This document shows positions 37,347 to 47,286 of a stretch of 64,000 nt of DNA, one piece after another. The stretch lies in the IMG/VR virus record IMGVR_UViG_3300006922_000015. One strand, given 5' to 3'. The notes under the pieces are model-generated. The model made no database searches, had not been told where the DNA came from, and saw only the letters and a list, made by a program, of their open reading frames with translations. Origin of the DNA: an uncultured virus (IMG/VR IMGVR_UViG_3300006922_000015) (taxonomy: Duplodnaviria > Heunggongvirae > Uroviricota > Caudoviricetes). How positions within the stretch are numbered: the first letter of the stretch is position 1; every line of letters begins with the position of its first letter. The position numbers and the translations under genes are program-made.

Positions 37347-37382
37347 GACCTTCCTTATAAATAACAAGGAAGGTCTTTTTTT
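37347..37382 (+). terminator. Rho-independent terminator with a late promoter in its loop
   Basis: GACCTTCCTT-ATAAATAAC-AAGGAAGGTC then T7; TATAAATA at 37356-37363 and also at 37337-37344. Confidence 0.8.
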
Positions 37383-37386
37383 GTAT

Positions 37387-37725
37387 ATGTCCGCAATTAC
37401 ACTTAACTTAGTGATAGAACAGGGGACTGATTTTTCAGCAACCTTTACTATCAAGAATTCGGATGGCGCACCAGTTAATCTTATAGGTTTTACTGCTGCT
37501 GCTAAACTGAAGACTAGTTATTACACAACCAGTACTGCAACAGATTTTGCAGTCACTTTTGTAAATAGAAGTAGTGGTATAATTAGAATTGATTTATCGG
37601 ATACTGTTACAACTACATTGAAGCCAAGAAGATATGTTTATGATATTGTTCTGACATCAGCGTCTGGAAATAAAACAAGATTTATTGAAGGAATTGCAAC
37701 AGTAACACCAGGAGTGACAGTATAG
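37387..37725 (+). CDS. Small virion structural protein (BppU-N-like beta domain)
   Basis: NLVIEQGTDF...F, RYVYDI, R..EG...VTPGVT motifs; ATG 37387. Confidence 0.75.
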   Translation: MSAITLNLVIEQGTDFSATFTIKNSDGAPVNLIGFTAAAKLKTSYYTTSTATDFAVTFVNRSSGIIRIDLSDTVTTTLKPRRYVYDIVLTSASGNKTRFIEGIATVTPGVTV

Positions 37726-38429
37726 TGCCGAATTACGAAATTAATACCACAAATTTTACTGTAACTCAGGCGGCGACCGATCCTTACAGTATCGGTCTAA
37801 ATTACGAAGCGCCAGTAAAAGGTGTTCAATACCAGAATTTAATTCTGGATGATCTTGCTTCGCAATTTGATGGTGCTCAGACAGTGTTTAATTTGAGTAC
37901 TTCTGGCACATCGTATGAACCATTGAATGATCAGCAATTGATTATTTCAGTGGATAGTACTATTCTTCAACCTGGAGTTGGATATACTGTATCTGGAAAT
38001 CAGATCACATTTGCAACACCACCCGCTAGCACTAGTGTGCCGTTTTTCGGCATTGCTCTTGCTAATACTGCTGATCTGACAAGAACAATTAATTATGTCG
38101 TAGACAATGGTTCACGACCAATGACTACAGGTAACAAAGGTTATTTATCAATTGATGTTACTGGTGTTATTGAATCTTGGATTTTAATTTCTGATGCAGA
38201 TGGGACATTGGATGTGGATTTGAGAAAATCTACATTTGATGACTATCCTAATGTGGTATCAATTTGTGGTGGTAATACTCCACAATTTGCCGCCACTAAC
38301 AAAAATAGTGACGACACTTTGACTGGGTGGACCACTACTTTAAATGCAGGAGACATTATTCAATTTGAAGTTATAAATACTACAGTATCAATTAGTAATT
38401 TTGCTATCGCTTTGAAAGTAAAATTATAA
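37725..38429 (+). CDS. Virion structural protein
   Basis: LDD...QFDG.QT.F.L and LQPG..YTVSG..ITF.TPP module, also seen in the gp7 C-terminus; GTG start overlapping the upstream stop. Confidence 0.75.
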   Translation: MPNYEINTTNFTVTQAATDPYSIGLNYEAPVKGVQYQNLILDDLASQFDGAQTVFNLSTSGTSYEPLNDQQLIISVDSTILQPGVGYTVSGNQITFATPPASTSVPFFGIALANTADLTRTINYVVDNGSRPMTTGNKGYLSIDVTGVIESWILISDADGTLDVDLRKSTFDDYPNVVSICGGNTPQFAATNKNSDDTLTGWTTTLNAGDIIQFEVINTTVSISNFAIALKVKL

Positions 38430-38472
38430 ATATAAACAGATAAATTAACATCAACCGAGAGGAACATTTTAA

Positions 38473-39648
38473 ATGGCACTTTTAGTACCAAATATTGGTG
38501 AGTTAGAATCACTCAGATATCTGCTTAACGCTACTCACGAAATCCCTAGAAATTTAGTTCTAAAACTTTTCACGTCAAATACAGATCCTGCTGAAGGTGA
38601 TGTACCATCATTTACTGCTTATTATGAGCCCTATGCTGATGGTAATACAAATGGATATGGCACAGCAGGGAACACAGGATATCCACTAGTAAACAACAAT
38701 CGCTCTGATCAAGATTATTCTGCTTGTTACGGAATTCTTTTGAATGGTAATCGCTGGGCAATCGCAACTGCTGGTGATCCTATTGCTTCCGGTACTGGTA
38801 CTGGAACTTCTGGAGAATACACGATTTCAGTTGCTTCCGTAACTGGCACAATCAGCGTAGGTAACCTTGTCGCTGGTACTGGTATTGGTGCTGGAGCAAA
38901 AGTCTCTAGAGTAGACGGTTCAACAATTGTTCTTACAGTTGCTAACAGCACTACGGTTTCTGGAACAATTAACTTCAGTGGTGGAGTAACAACTGCCACA
39001 TACCCAGAAGAAACATTCACATTCACTTCTGCTGCCGGTAATGTTTATGGATATTACTTGGCTCGTGCTAACAACATGCCTGTCACCATCCATGGTGTAA
39101 CTGATGCTGCCGCAGCTGCTGCTGGTACAGTTCTCACTAAGGGTGATAATACAGATCCTTCTATCGGTGTTATCGGTAATACCTTCATCACTCTTCCAAA
39201 CGTTGCTAACGTTATGGACGATATTACTGTTGGTATGGTTGTTGGTGGTAACAATGCTGTTCCTTCATCAACTGAAATTATTGGTATCGACATTCTGAAT
39301 AGAATTATTTACATCAATAATGCTCTGACTGATAACATTCAGGTTGCTACTGATTCCTCAATCACTCTATCATACAGCAAAGTTAACGCTACTGCTCATT
39401 CTTTAGTTGCAGGTGATGTTATCTATATTGCTCAAGGATCTACTAATTCTGGTACTACTACCGGAACATATACAATTCATACTGTATATGATGCTAACAG
39501 CTTTAGTACAACTCCTGCTCTTGATGGAACTGGAGACCTAACTCTTCACAGCAGCATCATGTTTGCTGAAAGATTTACAAATGGTCCATACCCCATTCAG
39601 AACAACGGTGACCAAATCAAGATCACATTGAACGTCAGCCTCGACTGA
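38473..39648 (+). CDS. Virion structural protein (MALLVPNIGE...)
   Basis: 391 aa; late promoter TATAAATA 38425-38432, GAGG Shine-Dalgarno, strongly biased codons, followed by a terminator. Confidence 0.8.
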   Translation: MALLVPNIGELESLRYLLNATHEIPRNLVLKLFTSNTDPAEGDVPSFTAYYEPYADGNTNGYGTAGNTGYPLVNNNRSDQDYSACYGILLNGNRWAIATAGDPIASGTGTGTSGEYTISVASVTGTISVGNLVAGTGIGAGAKVSRVDGSTIVLTVANSTTVSGTINFSGGVTTATYPEETFTFTSAAGNVYGYYLARANNMPVTIHGVTDAAAAAAGTVLTKGDNTDPSIGVIGNTFITLPNVANVMDDITVGMVVGGNNAVPSSTEIIGIDILNRIIYINNALTDNIQVATDSSITLSYSKVNATAHSLVAGDVIYIAQGSTNSGTTTGTYTIHTVYDANSFSTTPALDGTGDLTLHSSIMFAERFTNGPYPIQNNGDQIKITLNVSLD

Positions 39649-39683
39649 TATATAGTATACAACTTTTTATTATGTATTTTTGT

Positions 39684-39706
39684 GGGGGGATTATGTCCCC
39701 CCTTTT
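39684..39706 (+). terminator. Rho-independent terminator
   Basis: GGGGGGA-TTATG-TCCCCCC-TTTT. Confidence 0.8.
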
Positions 39707-39723
39707 AATGGCAAAAAACATTA

Positions 39724-42700
39724 ATGAATACATTTCGCTACGATTCAACATCAATTGAATATTTTGATAGTACGGATTTAGGAAGCATCAATGATGCTCC
39801 AACATCCTCGATTGATCGTGGCACAAACTTTTTTGATCTCATTATTGAAGATGGCACAGAAGGTGTTATAAACAATGAGTTCATCCTCGAAACTGGAAGT
39901 GACTTTATTGTCAATGATGTATTAGCATCTGAAGAATATAATTTGATTGTATTCACTGAAACTACATATCCATATGGAAGTATAAATCTGGGTGGTGTAG
40001 AAGAAGAATCTGCTTCTGTAGTCTTTATTGCTAAGCCAAATACAATTGTCCTTAGAGAGAAGGCAATTGTTATTAGAAAGCAAGCTTGGACTGGTTCCGG
40101 GACATTATTTGAAATTGCTAATGGTCTAGAAAGAATTGTTGCTCCTTATATTGGAGGTTCTGGATCCTTACGTGTATCTGGTTCTGCTGATGTTAGCAGT
40201 ACTTTTGAATTCACAAACGAATCAATTAAGACCTATGGTAGTGATGCTGACTATGGACAAGTCACCACTGCCGTAGGTTCTTCTATTGCATATGGTCAGA
40301 TAGACAATATTGTCGATGAAGGAGAATTCGACAATGGTGATATATTAACCGGACAAGGAACACCTTTCGGTCCTCTAAAAATTAGAGGAGTTGAAGTTAC
40401 AAGTAATAGGTTTAGTTCATATACTGGTTCTGGATCATTCTCACTCATCTCAACAGGCAGTGAGCAATTTGATCAACCATCCGTTCAAATTTATGTTGTC
40501 GGATTGGATCAGGCAACAGGACAATTTGTCAGAAAAGATGTTATTGGTTTAACCATTAGTGGAGGCGATGGAGACTCATTTACTCGCACCACATATTATG
40601 GAAGTGGATCATTATTTGATCTTTCCGGTGGATTGGAAAGTAAAGTTTATGATTATAATCCAGGTTCTGTAGTAGAATATTCAATTGGGACAGATAATGG
40701 ATCTGTCAATTTACCGACAAATTCTAGTAATATTGACTACGGTCAAACTTCAGAGCAAGCAACAGCAGGAGAATTTGATAACGGTCAAGTATTAATTGAT
40801 CAGACCACATATCCTCTTACAGGTCTATTCAAGATTACCGGAGGTGATAGTGCTCATGCTAGAACTTACGGAGAAGTTGGTTCTGGGCGCATTAAGACCT
40901 ATAAAGGTCAGGCAGTAGTAAATGCCGGTCAATCAAGTGACTTTGCCTTCCTGCCGCACTGGAGAGGGCGTGGTGGTGCTAGAATATTTAACTCGACTAT
41001 TCCTGATGCATTCAGTAGACCTTATAGTGGTTCTGGATCGCTATTTGAAATCGGACAAAAAGATGAAAGGGCAATATTCGCGTATGATACTCAGACAGTA
41101 GGATCGGAATATCAGTCTCTTCAATTAGAAGATTATCAAACAATTAATCAATCTGCTGGAACTACAGAAAATTACGGACCAATTCTCAGTCCTGCAGATG
41201 CTGGCGAACTAAGTTACGGCGGATTTAATACTAATTTTGCTAGGTTCGGAGCAATTAAAGTTAATGGTTCTGCTACGGTAAGACAAGCAGATGATTATAC
41301 TGCATCTTATGAAAATTCATATGCTTTTGTAAACATCGGTCCTGATGTAGATGTAACAAGTGATTTCGCTTCTTCATCTTCTTATCAGTATAAAAATGGG
41401 GGGATGGGATTTGGATCTACTGGTGGATTCAATATTGGACCCCATTACAAAGTTGATGGCAGAAGCAATGGCATAGCCCAGGCATTATGGGCATTTGATC
41501 TCACTAATGTAACTCATATAACTGTTAGTGGTATCAGAGGTAATGATAGTAACGGTGGAAATGAAAACAATATAAGTCCAGATAGTTTAGATTATTACTT
41601 TACTAAGACAGGATTAACTCAAGTAACTGATGTAGTATTCCCTGGCGAACAAAATTTTGTTGGTCTGGAAGTAGCAACTGATGGTGTTAGCGAAAGAAGT
41701 ATCCCAGTTCCAAGTGAATTCAGAGTTTCTGGTGTTATATTCAGTCTCAGATTATATTTCTCGCAAGATGAATATGGCATAAAACAAGTAGCATTAAGAA
41801 ATGCTGATACAAATTCAGGATTTGTTACAGTTCTTCCAGATGAGTTAGTATCTAATTATAGTGCAAGTCTCACTCATGTTGCAGTTGAAAACTCTGGCAC
41901 TGGATCAGGATCTACTGGCGGATTTAATTCAGGCACAGGAACTAAGTATTTTAGATTCGGCACTTCTAATGTTAATGAGTACAGAGAATTAACTTGGGTA
42001 GCTGATGCTTCAGAACTATCTGAATTTATATTTGATCTTATTGCTGGCAATAATAGTAATGGAGGAAATAGTCCAGAAAGTGCAGACGATCTCGTCTTCT
42101 ATTGGAGAGATGGAAATACTTTCCGTCCTATTGAAGTACTCACAGATTCCAATGAACCTGATGATTGGAAGAAAGTATTTTCTACTATACCACCAGAAGC
42201 TAGAAATGCCGGACAAGAGTTTAAGTTACGTCAATTTGGATCTGGAACATTTGATAATGTTGGCATAAGATCTATTCAATTTGTTCCTACACTGAATACA
42301 GCTAATGTAAATATTGTAACTCCTAATCTTAAAACTGATACTGTTTTCGTTCGCGGTAGTGCTACGGTTCAGTTTGCAGAACCATCTCCACAAGTTTATG
42401 TTTATGGTCATCGCCCACAGGAAGCAAGTCAAGGTGAATTTATTAAGTTTGGTGCTGGAATGTCTTCCATCATCTCAGTCAAAGGAACTTATTTTGGTGG
42501 TGGCACTCTATTCAATGTTGGTCAAAATGATGAGAGAGCAGTATTTGATTATAATGATAGTTCTATTGAGATAGTACAAGATCCTACTGATAATGGATCA
42601 CTATCTTCCGCTGGATCTACATCTGATTATGGTCAAGTTACTCAACCTTCTGTCGGAGAAACAAGTTATGGTCAGGTATTAGTACCATATACCATACAAC

Positions 42701-45700
42701 CATTTGGAAGACTATTTGAAGTTACTGGTGGTGACATTGCTCACTCCACTCCAAAAGCATATCTCGGTGCTACTGCTGAGATTAGAATTACCGGTGGATA
42801 TAGTAATCTTCAGTTCACTTCTCAGGCTGGTGAATCAACTGTTCTCTTTAATACTTCTGGTGAAGATGCTAATAGTTTCAGTAGACCTTTCATTGGTTCT
42901 GGATCACTCTTTAATATTGGTGATCGAATTGAAAGAACTACTTATTCATATAATATCTCATCGATTACAGAATCCTTCACATTTACGGATGCTGAAAGTA
43001 TCACAACTTCTGCATCTTCAGTAGTTGATTACGGTTCTGTAAATCAATCTTATGATGCTGCGAACTCAATTGATAACGGCATTGTAATAACTGATCCCGA
43101 TGATAATAATCCTTTAGGTAGACTTTTCTCTATTACAGGTTCTTCAACTGAGAAATTCTTCCCTAAATTTATTTGGAATAGAAATAGTCCTGCTATTAGG
43201 ATCTTCAACGATCAGCAAGATCCCGCAGACTTCAGATTTGTTCCTCATTGGAGATCTCGTCATCTTCTCGGCACTCCGAAGATCAGCAATGGTCCAGACG
43301 GAGAGTTCAATACTTATGCTCAGTCCAGACCATTCATTGCATCTGGTTCACTGTTCAGTCATGGAGTTAAAACTGAAAGAGCAACGGTTGATTATAATTC
43401 AGCATCTATTGTTGAGTTCTCTCCAGGTGGAGATTATGGTTCTGTTACTAATGCATCAGGAACATCAATTGATTACGGTGCGATTAATGCAATTGTAACA
43501 GGCGGTGAAGTTGATGCTGGTCAGTTAGTAATTACTGAAACTGAATATCCTCTTACTGGATTATTTGAATTCCAAGGTATTGCTGAATCTCAATTCATTC
43601 GTGGACCTTATAATGCCAGACAAGGAATTATTAGGATCTTCAACGAACAGCAAGATCCTGCCGACTTTAGGTTCTCTCCACATTGGAGAGCTCGTCCTTA
43701 CGAACAAGGAAAACTCAGTGGTAATGGAGATACATTCAGATCAAAATCATATGTTGGTGTTGGTTCACTCTTCAATCATGGCACTAAGATTGAGAGAGCG
43801 ACGGTTGTCTATAGTCAATCATCAATTGCAGAGTTCATTTATGGTGGAGATTATGGTTCTGTTACTAATGCATCAGGAACATCAATTGATTACGGTGCAA
43901 TCGACGGAATTGTAACTGAAGGTGAAGTTGATGCTGGTCAGTTAGTAATTACTGAAACTGAATACCCCCTCACTGGATTATTTGAATTCCAGGGTATTGC
44001 TGAATCTCAGTTCATTCGCGGACCTTACAGTGGTAAAGGTAATATTAATATTTCCGGTGAACTTATTGAAAAAGTTTCATCGAATGATATTGCACTTGGA
44101 ACAATTTCGTTTACTGGTGATGCTGAGACACCAAGGTCTAGAGACTTTGTTGGTTCTGGTTCACTGTTCCACATTGGAGATAGAATTGAGAAGGCAGTAT
44201 TCTCATATAATAATTCTTCGATAACAACTGTTGAAACTTCTGAAGATTATCAATCTATCACATCAAGTGCAACCTCGAATATTGACTACGGTGCAGTTGA
44301 TGGAATTGTAACTGAAGGTGAGGTTGATGATGGTCAGTTAGTAATTACTGAAACTACACAACCATTCGGTCTGTTTAACATTACTGGCAATTCCATTGAT
44401 AAGTGGCAGCAGTGCTTTACTAAAATTGGTAGTGGTTCACTATTCTCATTCAATGGTGGAATTGAAAGCAGAACAGATGATTATACAGAAACCACAGTAC
44501 TGTTCAACTTTACTGGTAACCTTACAGAAAGATTTACTAAGGGCAACTACGCTGGTTCTGGTTCGCTGTTCCATATCGGAGAGCAAATTGAGAAGGCAAT
44601 ATTCTCATATAATACAACATCCATTGTTGAAGGATTTGGAACCGATCAGTATGGATCCATTACTGATAATGCCACTACAACTGATAATCTTGGATCTATT
44701 GGTGATGCATATCTACCACCCACTGTTGATCATGGTGATCTGGTTATTCTTCCTGGAGAAGAAAATCCATTCGGTCTCTTTAGAATTACTGGTGTTGCTA
44801 AGAAGAGAGAGATTAATTCTCACGTCGGTGGCGGATCTCTGTTTGGTATCGGTAATGCTGCTGAGGCAGCAATCTGGCAGACACCTGAAGAAACCTTCCT
44901 CCTCAAGATGCGTGGTGGCGCAGTTGAGAAGCATATTGAGAATTGGGTTGGATCTGGAACCATCAAATATCCAGAAGATACTCCCCTCGCTCCCAACGCC
45001 GCTGTTAGATTCCGTCCACATTGGAGAGGACGTGCCTTTGAATCTCCAATTACCCTTAAGGGTGTTTGTGGTGAATTCTTCCGTGGATCTTATGTTGGTA
45101 ATAAAACCAATGTCAGCTTCAAAATTCTTACTCCTAATGAAGGATTTGAGTGGAGACAGTATAGACCATCACCACGTTATGTTAATTCCGTATATGGCAA
45201 GATCGGTGGATCAGCAACTGTTGCTGGTATATCAGTATCTCAAAAAGTTAATGTTTATGGATATTATGGTGATGATAGAGATCCAGGAACATCTGGTGGT
45301 CTCAAAGGATTTTCTGGATCTGCTGAAGCAAGAACTATTATCCTCAGGGGTGATGAGACAACAAATCTCTTCACATTTAGTGGCAAATCTGCTTCTAAAT
45401 GGAACCCGGCATGGACATCACGTCCTGATGGTTCACCCAGACTTTCCGGTACTCCTGGACTTCAACTTAGATTTAACATCTTCACTAACCCTGAAGGTGA
45501 AAGTGCTAAGATTTATGGCGAAGCAGTTCCTGTTCGCACTATTATTCACAATGGTAGTGGATCACTATTTGCTATCAATGGATCCACAGAAATCCGTGGA
45601 TTTAATCCATCAACAGATACAGTTCTATTCAAGGCAAGTGGTACTCCACTCGTTCTATTCTCGCTGTTACATATTGGTTCTGGATCACTCTTCGGATTTG

Positions 45701-47019
45701 GATCGGGAGCAGAATCTGCTGTCATTGAACCACCACAATCTACAGTTTTATTCATACCTTCTGGTTCTGCAGCACCATCAAGATCTCGCGATTATGTAGG
45801 AGAAGGATCCACATCTGTTAATGGAACTCTCACAGAAAGACAAACAGATCACTACAGTGGATCTGGATCACTTTCTGCCTTAAGTGGTGCTGGAGAAAGT
45901 AGAGCAATTTCTCTCGGAGAGAGTACTGTCCTATTCAAGTCTTCTGGTGGAGAAGCAAATGCATTCGTCAGGTCTACCATTGCTGAAGGTAATGTTACTA
46001 TCAGCGACAATCTGGATGAAGCCTTTGCAAGACCTTATGCTGGCGAAGGTTCGCTCTTCGGATTTAATGGTGCTGCCGAAGCGGTAACAGTAGATGAAGA
46101 ATCTACTGGTCTGTTTAACTTTATTGGTGATGCTAATATTGTTAGAGATAGATCTTTTGCTGGCGAAGGTTCGCTCTTCGGATTTAATGGTGCATCAGAA
46201 GCAAGTGTTATCTCACCTGATCTTGAGACTGGTCTGTTTGAGATTACTGGTGATAGTTCAGATTCCAGAAGCAGAATTTCTATTGGTTCCGGTTCAGCAA
46301 CTATTACTGGAAATGCTAACAGTGCCTTCTCCAGACCTTACGAAGGTCAAGGTTCACTTTCTACACTTGGTGGTGGCGCTGAAGTTGTCGGATTTAATCC
46401 TGATGAAGAAACATTCCTATATGAATTTAATGGCAATGCTACTTCTATAAGAGCAAGAGGATTTGCTGGTTCTGGAACTGCAACTGTTCTTAACGATACA
46501 GTTGTTCCAGTCATTGCTCTCAGTTTCGCTGGTGAAGGTACACTTTCAACCTTCGGAGGAGCAGCAGAATCTAGAACAATTGATGTTGAGAATACTACTC
46601 TCTTTGAATTCCGCAATGGCGCTACAGAATCCTTCACTAAAGGGAATTACGATACTGAAGGATCAGCAACAATCTCAGGTGAAGCATCTGATATTAAACT
46701 TACCAGAACCTCATCCGAATTCGGATATATTGCTTCAAATGGTAAGGCAGTTGAGAAGCAAACAGATCATTATACTGGTTCAGGTTCTCTATTCGGTCTC
46801 AGTGGATCAACTATTGCTAGAGCAATTGATTATGATGAGACCCAAATTGGACAGCAAGGTGAAGTAGTTTCCACAAATCTATTCACATTCAGCGGAACAA
46901 ATCCAGGTAGTATTACTAGAATTACTAGACCAGGAACACTTAAGATTAATCTTAGTGGAGATGCAATTCCTGTTCTCAAGCTCTTTAGTCCTTCCAGAGT
47001 ATTTGGTACGATAATATAA
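39724..47019 (+). CDS. Giant repetitive virion structural protein (2431 aa)
   Basis: Many GSGSLF and DYG.V repeats, PHWR motifs, recent internal duplications and two inserted globular domains. Confidence 0.8.
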   Translation: MNTFRYDSTSIEYFDSTDLGSINDAPTSSIDRGTNFFDLIIEDGTEGVINNEFILETGSDFIVNDVLASEEYNLIVFTETTYPYGSINLGGVEEESASVVFIAKPNTIVLREKAIVIRKQAWTGSGTLFEIANGLERIVAPYIGGSGSLRVSGSADVSSTFEFTNESIKTYGSDADYGQVTTAVGSSIAYGQIDNIVDEGEFDNGDILTGQGTPFGPLKIRGVEVTSNRFSSYTGSGSFSLISTGSEQFDQPSVQIYVVGLDQATGQFVRKDVIGLTISGGDGDSFTRTTYYGSGSLFDLSGGLESKVYDYNPGSVVEYSIGTDNGSVNLPTNSSNIDYGQTSEQATAGEFDNGQVLIDQTTYPLTGLFKITGGDSAHARTYGEVGSGRIKTYKGQAVVNAGQSSDFAFLPHWRGRGGARIFNSTIPDAFSRPYSGSGSLFEIGQKDERAIFAYDTQTVGSEYQSLQLEDYQTINQSAGTTENYGPILSPADAGELSYGGFNTNFARFGAIKVNGSATVRQADDYTASYENSYAFVNIGPDVDVTSDFASSSSYQYKNGGMGFGSTGGFNIGPHYKVDGRSNGIAQALWAFDLTNVTHITVSGIRGNDSNGGNENNISPDSLDYYFTKTGLTQVTDVVFPGEQNFVGLEVATDGVSERSIPVPSEFRVSGVIFSLRLYFSQDEYGIKQVALRNADTNSGFVTVLPDELVSNYSASLTHVAVENSGTGSGSTGGFNSGTGTKYFRFGTSNVNEYRELTWVADASELSEFIFDLIAGNNSNGGNSPESADDLVFYWRDGNTFRPIEVLTDSNEPDDWKKVFSTIPPEARNAGQEFKLRQFGSGTFDNVGIRSIQFVPTLNTANVNIVTPNLKTDTVFVRGSATVQFAEPSPQVYVYGHRPQEASQGEFIKFGAGMSSIISVKGTYFGGGTLFNVGQNDERAVFDYNDSSIEIVQDPTDNGSLSSAGSTSDYGQVTQPSVGETSYGQVLVPYTIQPFGRLFEVTGGDIAHSTPKAYLGATAEIRITGGYSNLQFTSQAGESTVLFNTSGEDANSFSRPFIGSGSLFNIGDRIERTTYSYNISSITESFTFTDAESITTSASSVVDYGSVNQSYDAANSIDNGIVITDPDDNNPLGRLFSITGSSTEKFFPKFIWNRNSPAIRIFNDQQDPADFRFVPHWRSRHLLGTPKISNGPDGEFNTYAQSRPFIASGSLFSHGVKTERATVDYNSASIVEFSPGGDYGSVTNASGTSIDYGAINAIVTGGEVDAGQLVITETEYPLTGLFEFQGIAESQFIRGPYNARQGIIRIFNEQQDPADFRFSPHWRARPYEQGKLSGNGDTFRSKSYVGVGSLFNHGTKIERATVVYSQSSIAEFIYGGDYGSVTNASGTSIDYGAIDGIVTEGEVDAGQLVITETEYPLTGLFEFQGIAESQFIRGPYSGKGNINISGELIEKVSSNDIALGTISFTGDAETPRSRDFVGSGSLFHIGDRIEKAVFSYNNSSITTVETSEDYQSITSSATSNIDYGAVDGIVTEGEVDDGQLVITETTQPFGLFNITGNSIDKWQQCFTKIGSGSLFSFNGGIESRTDDYTETTVLFNFTGNLTERFTKGNYAGSGSLFHIGEQIEKAIFSYNTTSIVEGFGTDQYGSITDNATTTDNLGSIGDAYLPPTVDHGDLVILPGEENPFGLFRITGVAKKREINSHVGGGSLFGIGNAAEAAIWQTPEETFLLKMRGGAVEKHIENWVGSGTIKYPEDTPLAPNAAVRFRPHWRGRAFESPITLKGVCGEFFRGSYVGNKTNVSFKILTPNEGFEWRQYRPSPRYVNSVYGKIGGSATVAGISVSQKVNVYGYYGDDRDPGTSGGLKGFSGSAEARTIILRGDETTNLFTFSGKSASKWNPAWTSRPDGSPRLSGTPGLQLRFNIFTNPEGESAKIYGEAVPVRTIIHNGSGSLFAINGSTEIRGFNPSTDTVLFKASGTPLVLFSLLHIGSGSLFGFGSGAESAVIEPPQSTVLFIPSGSAAPSRSRDYVGEGSTSVNGTLTERQTDHYSGSGSLSALSGAGESRAISLGESTVLFKSSGGEANAFVRSTIAEGNVTISDNLDEAFARPYAGEGSLFGFNGAAEAVTVDEESTGLFNFIGDANIVRDRSFAGEGSLFGFNGASEASVISPDLETGLFEITGDSSDSRSRISIGSGSATITGNANSAFSRPYEGQGSLSTLGGGAEVVGFNPDEETFLYEFNGNATSIRARGFAGSGTATVLNDTVVPVIALSFAGEGTLSTFGGAAESRTIDVENTTLFEFRNGATESFTKGNYDTEGSATISGEASDIKLTRTSSEFGYIASNGKAVEKQTDHYTGSGSLFGLSGSTIARAIDYDETQIGQQGEVVSTNLFTFSGTNPGSITRITRPGTLKINLSGDAIPVLKLFSPSRVFGTII

Positions 47020-47060
47020 TAATTTGTATAAATAAAAGAAGAAAATCTCTAGCATAGAAA

Positions 47061-47249
47061 ATGACTACTCAAGTTCAATTCAGAAGAGGGACAACTGCCC
47101 AACATCAGACTTTTACTGGTGCAGAAGGTGAAATCACAGTTGATACTACAAAAAACACTGCTGTTGTTCACGATGGTGTGAAAGCTGGGGGAACCGAACT
47201 CGCTACTAGGCAGGGATCAGTCGCTATGTCCGTAGCATTTGGTCTTTGA
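47061..47249 (+). CDS. Stand-alone Mtd_N-like (major tropism determinant N-terminal) domain protein
   Basis: QVQFRRGTTAQH..FTGA.GE.TVDT.K...VVHDG...GG; late promoter TATAAATA 47027-47034. Confidence 0.8.
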   Translation: MTTQVQFRRGTTAQHQTFTGAEGEITVDTTKNTAVVHDGVKAGGTELATRQGSVAMSVAFGL

Positions 47250-47286
47250 TTAGACGTATATAAACATAACCGAAAGGATTTAACAA

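Noticed and set aside
38473..39648. Major capsid protein (strong expression signals)
   Set aside because: No gp23/HK97-fold motifs recognised; T4-type g23 is expected downstream of g19-g22, outside the window.
44396..45799. 467-codon ORF in the +1 frame overlapping the giant structural gene
   Set aside because: TTG start, no ribosome-binding site, and L/V/M-rich composition typical of a +1 shadow of a gene that avoids NTA codons. Many shorter +1 ORFs run along the same and other highly expressed genes. Ribo-seq would be needed to revive it.
43426..47249. Diversity-generating retroelement (repeat pair plus Mtd_N domain)
   Set aside because: No reverse transcriptase in the window; differences between the repeat copies are not adenine-specific, and both copies are in-frame coding.
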